Counted from the stretch's first letter, positions 16,919 to 28,902 are shown. The stretch: 64,000 nt of DNA from Octopus vulgaris (GCA_951406725.2 OX597817.1:172174001-172238000), one strand, 5' to 3'. Program-made: numbers and translations. The notes: generated by a model not told the origin, from the sequence alone.

Positions 16919-17240
16919 GAAGGCGCGTGGCTTAGTGGTTAGGGCATTCGGCTCACGATTGTAAGGTCGTGAGTTCGATTCCCGGCGACACGTTGTGTCC
17001 TTGAGCAAGACACTTTATTTCACGTTGCTCGAATCCACTCAGCAGCCAAAAATGAGTTGTAACTGTATTTCAAAGGGCCGCCTTTGTCACACTCTGTGTC
17101 ACGCTGAATCTCCCTGAGAACTACGTTAGGGGTACGCGTGTCTGTGGAGTGCTCAGCCACTTGCACGTTAATTCCATGAGCAGGCTGTTCCGTTGATCGG
17201 ACCAACTGGGACCCTCGTCGTCGTAACCGACGGAGTGCTC
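16919..17240 (+). mobile_element. SINE with head 2/CORE-like centre and the family A tail 1
   Basis: Head GCGCGTGGCTTAGTGGTTAGG...GAGTTCGATTCCC, then GTGTCCTTGAGCAAGACACTT, then the TGTATTTCAAAGGGCC...GACGGAGTGC tail shared with family A. TSD CTATGCATGT at 16909 and 17241. Confidence 0.85.
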
Positions 17241-17571
17241 CTATGCATGTTTATACACACACATATTTCTCACTCTCTTTTTAATATTAGGTATCTAAAT
17301 GTATCATCAGCTTTCTTTTCTTTTTATCTCTCCTAGAGAATTGTTTACTTGAAGCGGAAGAACCGGTCAAAATTTATATATCCTTAACTCATTTTCATTG
17401 AAACGCTTGGTTCTTTCCGAACCTGATGCTTTCCTTCCCACTGACCTACTTCTTTGTATAAGCTGAGCAGAAGCTTTGGCAGTTGCCAAAAGACTTCCCA
17501 AGAGAGCGAGTTTTAGGCTGTCTTTGTATTCAGAATATAAAAGGATAGAACAAATGCCGTAAAACCTCTCA

Positions 17572-17700
17572 AATAGAAGACACTTGCCCAAGGTGCCATT
17601 GCGTGGCATCTTCGGCAAGTGTCTTCTATTATAGCCTCGGGCCGACCAAATCCTTGTGAGTGGATTTGGTAGACGAAACTGAAAGAAGTCCGTTGTAAAT
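17572..17700 (+). mobile_element. 5'-truncated family B SINE fragment with an inverted 5' end
   Basis: AATAGAAGACACTTGCCCAAGGTGCCA is followed by its near reverse complement TGGCATCTTCGGCAAGTGTCTTCTATT. Confidence 0.7.
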
Positions 17701-17714
17701 ATATATATATACAT

Positions 17715-17915
17715 ACATTCGCCATGATAGATCACTAGCCACTACACATTCTATATTTTCTCTCCTTGTTTCTTTCTGTGTTCCTTTCCGAGGAAGAGCC
17801 TAGACTCGAAGCGTTAAAGACTTTTTCACTTCCCGAGCGTTAAACTAATACATCTGTTTCTTGTCTACATCAGCTGTATTCGTCATTTGTTTTTTGTCTT
17901 TTTTGCGAATTCGCT

Positions 17916-17917
<2 letters not shown>
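17715..17917 (+). mobile_element. Penelope-like short repeat with a degenerate hammerhead motif, in (TA)n
   Basis: Homologous to 27952-28190. Motif CTTT-CCGAGGA-A-GAG-CCTAGA-CTC-GAAGC-GTT-AAAG at 17784-17819. Confidence 0.55.
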
Positions 17918-18121
<204 letters not shown>

Positions 18122-18820
18122 GATTATGTATATACATCTATACGTACATATATGTGTGTGTAAATGCACAGGACTCACGAAACGCGTACAACAAAAAAGT
18201 ACGAAGCACGAGTACATGGAAAATGAACTATTTTTTGGAACAACGAAAGACACAAATGGAAAACAGAACGACCCTTAATCAGTTGTTGGAGGTTTTTGTA
18301 GTCTCGTATTTCGAGCTTTTAACGACAATATACGCTTTCGATAAAACAGTTGCTCCCGCAAACCAAATTAAATAAAATTTGGGATCTTGCGGAGGGTCAA
18401 ATTAGGTAATACAAGGACAGTGAAGACAAGCAGGAAGGGCTGCTAAGCCTAAATGAGGTTGTGGTGGCGAACGCGTAAATCAAGCTAGGACAGGAATCAA
18501 ACAAGGACACATCTTCCTTGTTCAAGGTACAACGGAGAGAAAGAAATAAAGATGGCTGATGGTCGCGTGGAAGCCACCTGAGCAAGGGAGGAGGAGTGAG
18601 GGAGAGAGAGAGTGAGAGAGTAATAGGATAGACTAGTAGGAGAAGAGGAGGTAAAAGAATAAGAGAAAGAAAAAGAGAAAAGCGAACGAGTAAAAAGATC
18701 AGTTAGAGTGCGCATCAGAATTATTAAGATAAAACTTTCTTGGCAGAGGATGCGTGATGTTCAATCATAAATCTAATATAAATAATATATATATATATGG
18801 GACGTAAACACACCAGCATC

Positions 18821-18851
<31 letters not shown>

Positions 18852-18859
18852 TGTATGTA

Positions 18860-19080
18860 TATGTTTTTGTGTATGTGTGTTAGTCACCCACCATCACTTG
18901 ACAACTGATGTTGGTGTGTTTACGTCCCCGTAACATAGCGGCTCGGCCAAAGAGACCGATAAAATAAGTACTAGGCTGACAAAGAATAAGTCTTGAGGTC
19001 GATTTGCTCAACTAAAGGCAGTGCTCCAGCATGGTCGCATTCATATGACTGAAACAAGTAAAAGAATAAAAGAAAAGAGA
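18860..19080 (+). mobile_element. 3' half of a family B SINE
   Basis: CTTGACAAC...TACGTCCCCGTAAC...GACTGAAACAAGTAAAAGAATAAAAG. Confidence 0.8.
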
Positions 19081-21167
19081 ATAACTAATGCTTCAAATAT
19101 TCTTCCAGTTCACTACCCTGAACGGGTCTCATATATATATATATATATATATGGCTCCCGAAGACATGTAATGTAGGTAAAATTGAACCGAGGATGTTTA
19201 GGACTCAGAATACAAAGTCAGGAGTAATATACCTTAATCTACCTTAATAACATGCAGTACGCAGCACCACCGTTCGGTTTCTGCGACTGAAAAAGAGATA
19301 ATCACTCCGAAATGCTTGCAGCTCACAGTGTGGACAGGTGGCGCAGCGAGCTGATTTAGGTGTATTTACACCATTTGTCTACAGCGAGAAATTTTCTCCA
19401 TAACAAAACACAGTGAATGGCTTGTTTACAAGTTCGAATTTGCCACTGTCATATTCGAACTGATAATAACATTGCATTAATATACCTTTCGCAGTTTTTT
19501 CTACTCTTTAACAACTTTGCTGGTTCACTGCCTTATTTGATATATTTATCATATATACTGAAGGCAAACCAGCGACCTGGTAGAATCGTTAGCACGTTGG
19601 AGAAAATACTTCGTGACATTTCTGCTTTTGGTTCTACATACTGAGTTCAAATACCACCGAGGTCAGCTTTTATTCATAAAATTGGCCATGAAATCTGTAC
19701 ACAGATGAGTGGCTGCGGGCTGGACAAAAAACATTAATGAGATGAGGATGATAATGATGAACAAAAATGTTAGGGGCACCGGCGCCCGCCGACCGATAAA
19801 CCCTCGAAATCACTGTTCTTTTATTCTATTTTACACAAAAAATCACAAAAATTACAAAACCTTTCTTAATCTTCCTCTTTCTCATCCGAGCCCCTGCATA
19901 AGTTCCCTGCCGCCTGCAGGAAAGCCTGCATCGGCAGGTCGGAGTCCGATTAGCGGTTAGGGTGTTGCATTGTATTCTTCTGCTAAACACTTCATTCCAC
20001 GATGCCCCAGTCGACCTAGCTGTAAATGAGTTCAAGCAATATCTGGGAAGTTAGCCGTGCGACGGACCGACGACCTGTTCAACGATGGGAGTGTTGTGAC
20101 CTCAGTTAATTATACGCCCAGCTTAAGAATTCGAGTGCTCATGGCAGTCCTGAGTAAGTCAAATACTAGGATCACTGTATTCGGTTACCCCTTTCCTCTA
20201 CAATTGTTAGCCTCTTTGCCGAAATTTGAAACCATGTACGTAGCATACAAAGTACAATATAGCAAAGTCCTTCACCTTGATTCAATGACTACAAAGAAAT
20301 TTCATTCCATGCATTAACAACAGAAATGCGAAATAGTTAATTAAATTATAGATTCACATTGTTATATACAATTAATTAATTCTCAGACTGTATGTTATGT
20401 TACGTAATTAATTGTAATATGGCTATAACAATCCACCCACGTACGAAGATGATATTATTCTGGAATAGTTATTTTTCTAAATTCAATAATATTATTTCTA
20501 TGCCAATATCAGTGTCAAATCTCGCACATCAATTTTTCGTACACGAAAAATTCTAAATAATCAAATAAAAATTAAAATTAAATTCGGAGCAGAAATAAAA
20601 CATTCAACTCAGATAAATTTTTTGGTTGATTTCTGTTTTGTGACGAGTGATGAGTTGTGGAAACGTTAACAGTAAATTCGTTTTGTTATTATTTATCATT
20701 TTCACAAAACAAGAAAGCAATTATAGAAATAAATGCAATTTTTAACATTGCTAAAAATTTTATTGAAATTCGAGATTTCGAAATGTTTATAATACACCAA
20801 AATATTTTCAGTTAAGTAAACAACATCAACAACAACAACAAAAAAAGTAAATTAAGACAACAAAAAACCCTTTTAGTGTTATGTTCACCAAGTAATTAAC
20901 GTTTTCTTTAGAGTTTGGAACAAAGCCATATATTTTTGGAGAAATTGGTGACGTGAAGGACGATGCGGGATAGATGGGAAGTTACGATCTTTATGCCTTT
21001 CTTTGTGACGTTAGTCATGCGTCATCCGATGCACCATAGTTTAAGGAGTGCATAATTCCTCCCCTATTTAGTTTTACACACACACATAGGCACACATAGA
21101 CACACACACATACACACATGTACATACACGCATACAACGAAAGAGGTTGTCATGAACGATGCTTAAA

Positions 21168-22010
21168 GGATTGAGGAAAGACACATTCTTTTTCGGTCAA
21201 GCTCTCATCGACATTTTGAAGTTCCATTTGGAAAAGAAAGTAATGGTGGAGAGAGAAATTTTCCCTCCCATTGAGTTTGTCAAAGAGTGGGTGAATGTGG
21301 GAAAGAAAGGTTAGGGGAATTAATCTACTCTAGGCATGCACCCGTAGATTGGTGAACAATAGGGACCTCTGGGGTTTCTTGATTTGGCCCTAGTTGGAGG
21401 TTTCCCTTCATCAAGAGGACAGCATCATTTGTGTGTTTACATACTATGTATACTTTAATCTCCTTTCATTGTCTTCTCCCTTGGTTTTCCTCATCTTTTA
21501 TATAATATAAACCCCTACACAAATTGTAGGCTGTCCTTGCGATGCCCCTATCATTATGCCCCTGTGGCAGAGGCTGACAGGATTGAGGAAAGACATCTTC
21601 GGTCAAGCTTTCATCGACCGTTTCAATTTCCCCTTAGAAAGAAAATTGAGGGTGGAGAGGGAAGTGCTACCAACCAGTGAATTTGTGAAAAGATGGTGAC
21701 TCTGCCAAAAATGGTGAGAATGAACGGCCTTACTCTAAGTATGCGCCTGTAGTGCGGAGAGCAGGAGAGAGGGCTCGTACCTTTCGTAGTCAGAGTAGTC
21801 CTGAATCTCTGGGGTTCCTTGATTGGCTCTAGTTGGAGTTTCTCCTGTATCAGAAGGGCTGCATCATTCATGTTATCACATAATTTTGTACACAATCTAT
21901 AATTTTATCACATTTCACCGTCTTTTCCATTTCTTTCTGCCCATCCTTTATGTAAATCCCCACACAAGTTATTGTCTGTTCTTGTGATGTCCAATCATCG
22001 ATGATCCTGA
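21168..22010. repeat. two diverged tandem copies of a ~410-bp dispersed repeat
   Basis: GGATTGAGGAAAGACA...TCGGTCAAGCT-TCATCGAC at 21168 and 21580, with shared downstream blocks. A related copy in opposite orientation lies at ~63480-63790. Confidence 0.65.
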
Positions 22011-22039
22011 AATTATCATCATCATCATCATCATCATCA

Positions 22040-22116
<77 letters not shown>

Positions 22117-22436
22117 GAGTGAGAGAGCAGTGCATGCCATCAAAGTGACACTAGGGTAAAATATACGAAGCCCAGTATACCCATCATGACTACCTGTCTG
22201 ATATGGGTACACTAGGCACATGCATCACAACCATATGTGCGCGACATGGTGACCTCATATCAAGATAAACAGTATATGACCTTGCAGGTGGGGCCCAATT
22301 AGAATTTTCTTCTGGTCGAGTAGCCCATCCCGCTCAAAATGTTCCTGAATAAGGGTTGTTTAAGTATGTTGAACGAAACACCCATGTTTCCAGAGGTAAA
22401 TTATTCAAACCCCAAAGAATTCCAAAGAATCAGGAC

Positions 22437-22437
<1 letters not shown>
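22117..22437 (-). mobile_element. (TAA)n-embedded dispersed element (family E), 5'-truncated
   Basis: Reverse-complement match to ~62965-63219; (ATT)n on both sides. Confidence 0.75.
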
Positions 22438-22522
<85 letters not shown>

Positions 22523-22544
22523 TTATTATTATTATTATCATTCA

Positions 22545-22775
22545 GTAGTTTTATTTTTATAGCGTGCTTTCACTTCACTACCGAGCGCAGCTCTGTGTGC
22601 CTTGGGTATGTGCTGTGATTTTTTGTGATGCTCTGATGGTTATTGTATGGAAAGTGTTCTGCGTAGGATGTGTGCAGTGCCTAGTAGTGCAATTTTCTGT
22701 ATATTATATGTGTTTGTAAGTCCTGGTGTTTTTGTTATGTATTTGTCTGAATACTTTTTTATATTATCATAATCA
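22545..22775 (-). mobile_element. 3' end of an R4/Dong-clade (restriction-like endonuclease) non-LTR retrotransposon
   Basis: The ORF ends KYSDKYITKTPGLTNTYNIQKIALLGTAHILRRTLSIQ, typical of R4/Dong C-termini. A short 3' UTR runs into (TAA)n. Confidence 0.75.
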
Positions 22776-22996
22776 TTAGGCTCCCCTTTGTTGTCTCTAG
22801 GTTTTAGATTTGTGTCGCTTGCTTTCTTATTTATATGTTCGTTTGCCGTGTTTTGGCTTGCTGTTTGTCGTGTATTATTATGCATCCTTACGGTCTGGGT
22901 TTGTTGTTTTTTATTTATATCGTGTTTGTTGGGAATGTTACGTTTGTCTTCGTGTTTACTGTTTCAGTGTTTATATTAATGGGCGTCGTTGTGTGT

Positions 22997-23041
22997 CTTC
23001 TTCTTCTTCTTCTTCTTCTTCTTCTTCTTCTTCTTCTTCTT

Positions 23042-23072
<31 letters not shown>

Positions 23073-23101
23073 TTCTTCTTCTTCTTCTTCTTCTTCTTCT
23101 T

Positions 23102-23192
<91 letters not shown>
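22997..23192. repeat. (CTT)n-(ATT)n compound microsatellite
   Basis: Read directly from the sequence. Confidence 0.95.
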
Positions 23193-23196
<4 letters not shown>

Positions 23197-23784
23197 TATT
23201 AACAATCACTCGCAGACGAACCTATAACATTATGTCATCATTTTCTGTGCATAAGTTTGCAATTCCTCGCTGAATGGCATTTATTTCAGAGAATACCTTT
23301 CCCTAGATGAATTGTCTTCACTATGACTCATGAGCACCATCTACTCTAGATTAAACTGTCTGAAGTTCCACCACCCTTCGTACAGACACAAACACAGATG
23401 CACATATTTATGAATGTATATAGACATTCACATATATAAGCAACCATATATATGTATACGTATATATATATGTGTGTGTGTATACATATATATGTATACA
23501 TACATGCATTACGTAACAATCCATAAACAATTATAACTCTTACCAAAATTACAGTTCCTATGAAGGACAACCACGCAGCAGTATCAATGTATGGTATGAT
23601 ATTGGGTCATCCCATAAATAATGCGGTTTTTTCAATTGCATGAACTAAAAGTTGAAGGGGGGCAGGATAAACTACCTGCATCAACTCGCTATAAAATCAG
23701 GTAATAATTTTACCTTGGTCTTATTCTTAGTGCAAGTTCTGAAGAGTGCAGTTCGATTTTAACAGTTATTTTTTCAAAGCTGTA

Positions 23785-24781
23785 ATGGCAGAAGAGACAA
23801 AAGAGCATATTCGGCATATTTTGCTTTATGAGTTCAATAAAGGCAACGACACACCGGAAAGTGCGAGAAGCATTAATGCAGTATATGTGGGTCGGAAATA
23901 AGCGTAGGCCAGTGTCAACGGTGGTTCCAGAAATTCCGAGCCGGAAACTACAGCCTAGAAGCCGAGCCCCGTCCTAGAAGATCTGTAGAGCTCGACGAGG
24001 ACGACCTACAAACCCTAGTGGAACAAAATCTTATCGTAACAGCTAAGAAAATACAGAGAAGCTTGGATTTGGTCGTTCAACCATTCAGCGATTCCTGCAT
24101 GCCATCGGAAAAGTCAGTAAATTGGGTCAATGGGTTGCTCACACACTTACCGAGTCTAATCGTGTGCAGAGAGTGAATGTGTTCTCTTCCTTGCGGTCTC
24201 GTCTCACGAATGAATCAAATAGTGACTGGTGACGAGAAATGGGTTCTCTATAAAAATGTCAAGCGCCAAAGACGTGGGGTAAGGAAAAGAGAAACACCGG
24301 TACCTCAAGCTAAAGAAGGTCTTCACGCACGTAAAGTGTTGTTATCTGTTTGGTGGGATATGAAAGGTTTAGTCCACTTTGAACTTTTAAACCCAAACCA
24401 AGCGATAACAAAAGAGATTAACTGCGAGCAGCCGGTTTAAGTCAGCGCTAGAAGGAGAACGACCATCTTTGGTTTCAAGACGAAAAGTGTTCTTCCATTA
24501 GTATAATGCTCGGCCAGATACTGCGAGGATGACATTCCAAAGGCTGGAGCAGTTTGAATGGGGAACAGTGCCCCATCCACTATATTCGCTGGACATTGCC
24601 CCATCTGATTATCATTTATTCCGCAGTCTTCAGAATCATTTGAACGGGAAAAATATGAATTTTGTAGACGAGGACAGAACAGTAGTGGATGAGTATTTTT
24701 CGTAACGGACAATTGAATTTTGGAAGTCTACCAGATAGATGGAAGAAGATAGAAGAGAATGGAGAGTATATTTTGGATTAA
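23785..24781 (+). pseudogene. mariner DD34D transposase pseudogene
   Basis: Motifs MAEETKEHIRHILLYEFNKG, WVAHTL (WVPHEL motif), IVTGDEKWVLY, LLSVWWD and HPLYSLDIAPSDYHLF, broken by frameshifts and stops. Confidence 0.9.
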
Positions 24782-24796
24782 AAAACAACTTTGTTA

Positions 24797-25214
24797 TACT
24801 CTTTTTTTTACTCTTTTTACTTGTTTCAGTCATTTGACTGCGGCCATGCTGGAGCACCGCCTTTAGTCGAGCAAATCGACCCCGGGACTTATTCTTTGTA
24901 AGCCCAGTACTTATTCTATCGGTCTCTTTTGCCAAACCGCTAAGTTACGGGGACCTAAACACACCAGCATCGGTTGTCAAGCAATGCTAGGGGAACAAAC
25001 ACAGACACACAAACATATTCACACACACACACTTATATATATATATACATATATAGGACAGGCTTCTTTCAGTTTCCGTCTACCAAATCCACTCACAAGG
25101 CATTGGTCGGCCCGGGGCTATAGCAGAAGACACGTGCCCAAGATGCCACGCAGTGGGACTGAACCCGGAACCATATGGTTGGTTAGCAAGCTACTTACCA
25201 CACAGCCACTCCTG
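24797..25214 (-). mobile_element. family B SINE inserted in the mariner 3' UTR
   Basis: Full B sequence from the (CTTTTTA)n tail to the head CTTACCACACAGCCACTCCTG. Confidence 0.9.
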
Positions 25215-25295
25215 ATTTTATCTTGATTTTGAAAAATAAAAGAAGTATAAAAAAACCCCGCATTATTTATGGGATGACCTAATATATACAACAAA

Positions 25296-25520
25296 CAAAT
25301 AAATGAAGCCTAGCCAGGCTCATTGGCCCGGTTTCCCGCTTTCTATGGCGTATGTGTTCTCCAGCTGGATGGGACGCCAGTCCATCGCAGCGATACTCAT
25401 TTTTGTCAGCTGAGTGGACTGGAGCAACGTGAAATGAAGTGTCGACCGGTCCAGGAATTAAAACCGTAATCTTACGATCATGATGCTGACATCCTAACCA
25501 CTAAGCCACGCGCCTCCACG
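25296..25520 (-). mobile_element. SINE with head 2 + V-domain-like tail 2
   Basis: The minus strand reads GGAGGCGCGTGGCTTAGTGGTTAGG...CTGCGATGGACTGGCGTCCCATCCAG...GGAAACCGGGCCAATGAGCC. TSD TATATACAACAAA at 25283 and 25521. Confidence 0.8.
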
Positions 25521-25829
25521 TATATACAACAAAACCACCATAAGCTAAGAAACCAAGAAGTTCCAAAATAAATTTAACCCTACAAGAAATAGGATTTCAA
25601 TGAAAGACAGCATAGAAGCAGGAGAATTCAAGATTCAAGAGGTCAACAATGCACGGATAAAACTTCATTTTGGTTACTCTGAGTTACACATCTCCGATTT
25701 TCTAACGGACGTAGATGGAGATTAGAGAGAAAAATGAGCAGTGGATATTGCTCTTTGTAGGAAAAGGACCATAAAAATTCATCTTCATAGAAAAAGTACA
25801 GGAAAAAGAAATCGAAATATATACATTTT

Positions 25830-26440
25830 CCATCTTTTACTTGTTTCAGTCATTGGATTGCGACCGTGGGGAGGCACGGCCTTGAGAATTTTGCCTTTTT
25901 AGTGGAAGAATCAATTCCAGTATTAATTGTTTCTTAAGTTTCGTATTTCGTTGCTAATCTAGGCACAAGGCCCGAAATTTTGGGGGAGGGCCCAGACGAT
26001 TAGATCGACACCAGTACACAACTGATACTTAATTTATCGACCCCGAAAGGATGAAAGGCAAAGTCGACCTCGGCGGAATTTGAACTTAGAACGTAGCGAC
26101 GGACGAAATACCGCTAAGCATTTCGCCCGGAGTGCTAACGTTTCTGCCAGCTTGCGTATTTATTCTACCGTTCTCTTTTGCCGAACCGCTAGTATACGGG
26201 AACGTAAACACCGGTTGCCAGGCAGTGGTAGGTGACAAAAACAAACAGAAAGACACACACACACATACACACACGTATATATATGTATATATGTTATTTA
26301 AAACAGTTTGATTCGGATTCGTGCTACTTCAACTTTCGCATGCCCTTAACGGAGCCTGTCCCCTCAGGCTGGTGGGATACCCGGAACTCGGAATCATGTA
26401 CTTGGGGAGCGAGCTTCTTACTACACAGCCACGCCTGCGC
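25830..26440 (-). mobile_element. diverged family B SINE with a family C SINE (~25960-26153) inside
   Basis: B tail at 25830, complete C core and head, then B resumes at TTATTCTACCGTTCTCTTTTGCCGAACC. Confidence 0.75.
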
Positions 26441-26514
26441 CTAAAAATATTTTGAAAAACTTTTGAAGGTGTTTATAAGAACTTGTAAATTTGATGTTTG
26501 GCGACGATAGAATA

Positions 26515-26572
<58 letters not shown>

Positions 26573-26647
26573 CAAACATACAGACAGACAGGCAGGCAGG
26601 CAGGCAGGCAGACAGACAGACAGAAAATGAGTGGGTGAGTAAGTGTG

Positions 26648-26749
26648 AGTGAATGTTAGAGAGAAAGAGAGATACAGTAACTATGTGAATGTTAGAGAGA
26701 GAGAAAGAGAGAGAAAGAGAGAGAGATATACAGTAACTATGTGAATGTT

Positions 26750-26780
<31 letters not shown>

Positions 26781-26948
26781 TATACAGTAACTATGTGAAT
26801 GTTAGAGAGAGAAAGAGAGAGAGAGAGAGATACAGTAACTATGTGAATGTTAGAGAGAGAAAGAGAGAGAGAGAGAGAGATACAGTAACTATGTGAATGT
26901 TAGAGAGGGAGAGAGAGAGAGAGATACAGTAACTATGTGAATGTTAGA

Positions 26949-26986
<38 letters not shown>

Positions 26987-27026
26987 CAGTAACTATGTGA
27001 ATGTTAGAGAGGGAGAGAGAGAGAGG

Positions 27027-27066
<40 letters not shown>

Positions 27067-27088
27067 CAGTAACTATGTGAATGTTAGA

Positions 27089-27139
<51 letters not shown>

Positions 27140-27140
27140 T
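26648..27140. repeat. minisatellite: constant ATACAGTAACTATGTGAATGTTAGAG core (8 full copies) alternating with variable (GA)n
   Basis: Cores at ~26670, 26727, 26781, 26829, 26879, 26923, 26983 and 27063. Confidence 0.9.
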
Positions 27141-27741
27141 ACAGTGTGTGAGTTGTCTTCTTGTTATAAAGGGAGTTATGTTGCCACTGTGGATATGTAA
27201 GTTGCTTCTGTTTTCTAATGGGAGACCATAGAAACATATGAAATATGGAAAAATCGTGAGAGAAGGATTCCGTGGAGAGAGTTTAGTCATTCTTCCGTGA
27301 AGTAGGTCAAAGAATAAATATTTATACTACGGAAGATATAACAAAGTGAATCGATATGATATTTGATATAGAAAATATCGTGAAAATTATTACATAAACA
27401 GACTCTGTCGAATAAACAGATATACGAGTTGTGAACGACATCATATAACGATGTAGTTTAGAGGATGAAGCCAAATCAAGTTTTATAAATATTTAAGAGA
27501 TTATCAGACTAATGAGAATAGAGTACCGAGAGAGATTTTTGGAAGAATAATTGAAGTTGGAGATTCAAGGGAGATAATTTTAGGACTACTGGCCAATTTC
27601 GTCATATGCATCTGTATGCGCGTCTGTCTGCTACACATTTATGCCCTTGTGAGCACACATACACATGAATGTACGTTTCCACAATAAATGCGCATGCGTT
27701 TATGAGCCCGTATTAATACGCATCTATAATCACGCGTAGAG

Positions 27742-27785
<44 letters not shown>

Positions 27786-27887
27786 AGTACGCAACTATTT
27801 GGAGGAATAAGAATGCGTCCATTTATGTTTGAATAATGGGTATGTTCGAATAAAAGTAAATGCCGCATCCATTTCATATATACATAC

Positions 27888-27951
<64 letters not shown>

Positions 27952-27954
<3 letters not shown>

Positions 27955-28190
27955 TTTGACTTCTGGCCGAAATCAGATCGCCATGTTGATTCGCTAGCCT
28001 CTGCACGCATTTTTTTCTCTCCTTGTTTCTTTCTGTGTTTCTTTTCTGTGTATCTTTCTGTTGAAGAGCGTAGGCTCGAAACGTAAAAGACTTGTTTTAT
28101 TTATATTCCTGAGCGCCATACTAATACAATTGTTTGTTTGTATTCCACCTGCCTTCGTCTTTTGTCTATTTTCATAAAGCTTCCCGTTAT
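27952..28190 (+). mobile_element. Penelope-like short repeat carrying a minimal hammerhead-like motif, flanked by (TA)n
   Basis: TCTTT-CTGTTGA-A-GAGC-GTAG-GCTC-GAAAC-GTA-AAAGA at 28053-28090, where stems I and II pair. Homologous to 17715-17917. Confidence 0.6.
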
Positions 28191-28192
28191 AT

Positions 28193-28542
28193 ATGCAATT
28201 TTAAATAAGTTTATTCACTTGACCGGTTTCACTATTTTAGAAAAAGATTGTCAAAAGTAAAATGTAAAGCTTTGTTTGTTAAGTACTGGTTGTCACAAAA
28301 TATTACAATACAATATAATATTTTTAATGATCTTTTTAATATTTTCTCACGATTTTTCCTTGTAAACTGTTTTTAACATGTTCTTATTATTATCAAAGAA
28401 TGTATATATGTATTGTAATATTTTGTGATAATCAGTATCTAACACAACAAAGCCCCTACAAAGCTTTTACATGTTACTTTTGACAATCTTTTTTCTAAAA
28501 AAGTGAAACCGGTCAAGTGAATAAACATCTTTAAAATTGCAT
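28193..28542. mobile_element. ~350-bp foldback element; each arm has a decayed hammerhead-like motif
   Basis: ATGCAATTTTAAA...TTCACTTGACCGGTTTCAC...TTGTCAAAAGTAA is mirrored by TTACTTTTGACAA...GTGAAACCGGTCAAGTGAA...TTTAAAATTGCAT. Confidence 0.7.
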
Positions 28543-28600
28543 TTTCAAATCTTCTTTCATATATATTTCCACTCGTGCGGTACCTTACGACTCCACTTTG

Positions 28601-28637
<37 letters not shown>

Positions 28638-28902
28638 TAAAAAATGACTTGTTTTATATTTGATTTTATCTTTTGTTATTTATTTACTCTCTCTCCCTCT
28701 CTCTACATATGTGTGTGTGCATGTGTGTGTGTGTGTGCATGTGTGTGTGTGCGTGTGCATGTGTGTGTGTGTGTGTGTATGTGTGTGTGCATGTGTGTGT
28801 GTGTGTGTGTGCATGTGTGTGTGTATGTGTGTGCAGCTGCATGTATACATATATGTGTGTGTCTAGTATTTTTCTTGGGTTTTTATCTTGGGTTTTTAAT
28901 CA

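Larger units (their letters stand above)
23602..25282 (+). mobile_element. full-length mariner (Tc1/mariner) DNA transposon, inactive, interrupted by a SINE
   Basis: TIRs TTGGGTCATCCCATAAATAATGCGGTTTTT and AAAAACCCCGCATTATTTATGGGATGACCTAA with TA on both sides. Length is ~1.27 kb after removing the SINE. Confidence 0.92.

Noticed and set aside
18160-18400. Possible permuted hammerhead on the minus strand (GAAA...CTGATTAAGGG)
   Set aside because: The core is mutated and I could not pair the stems convincingly.
26648-27140. CRISPR array
   Set aside because: The spacers are (GA)n microsatellite, the context is eukaryotic and there are no cas genes.
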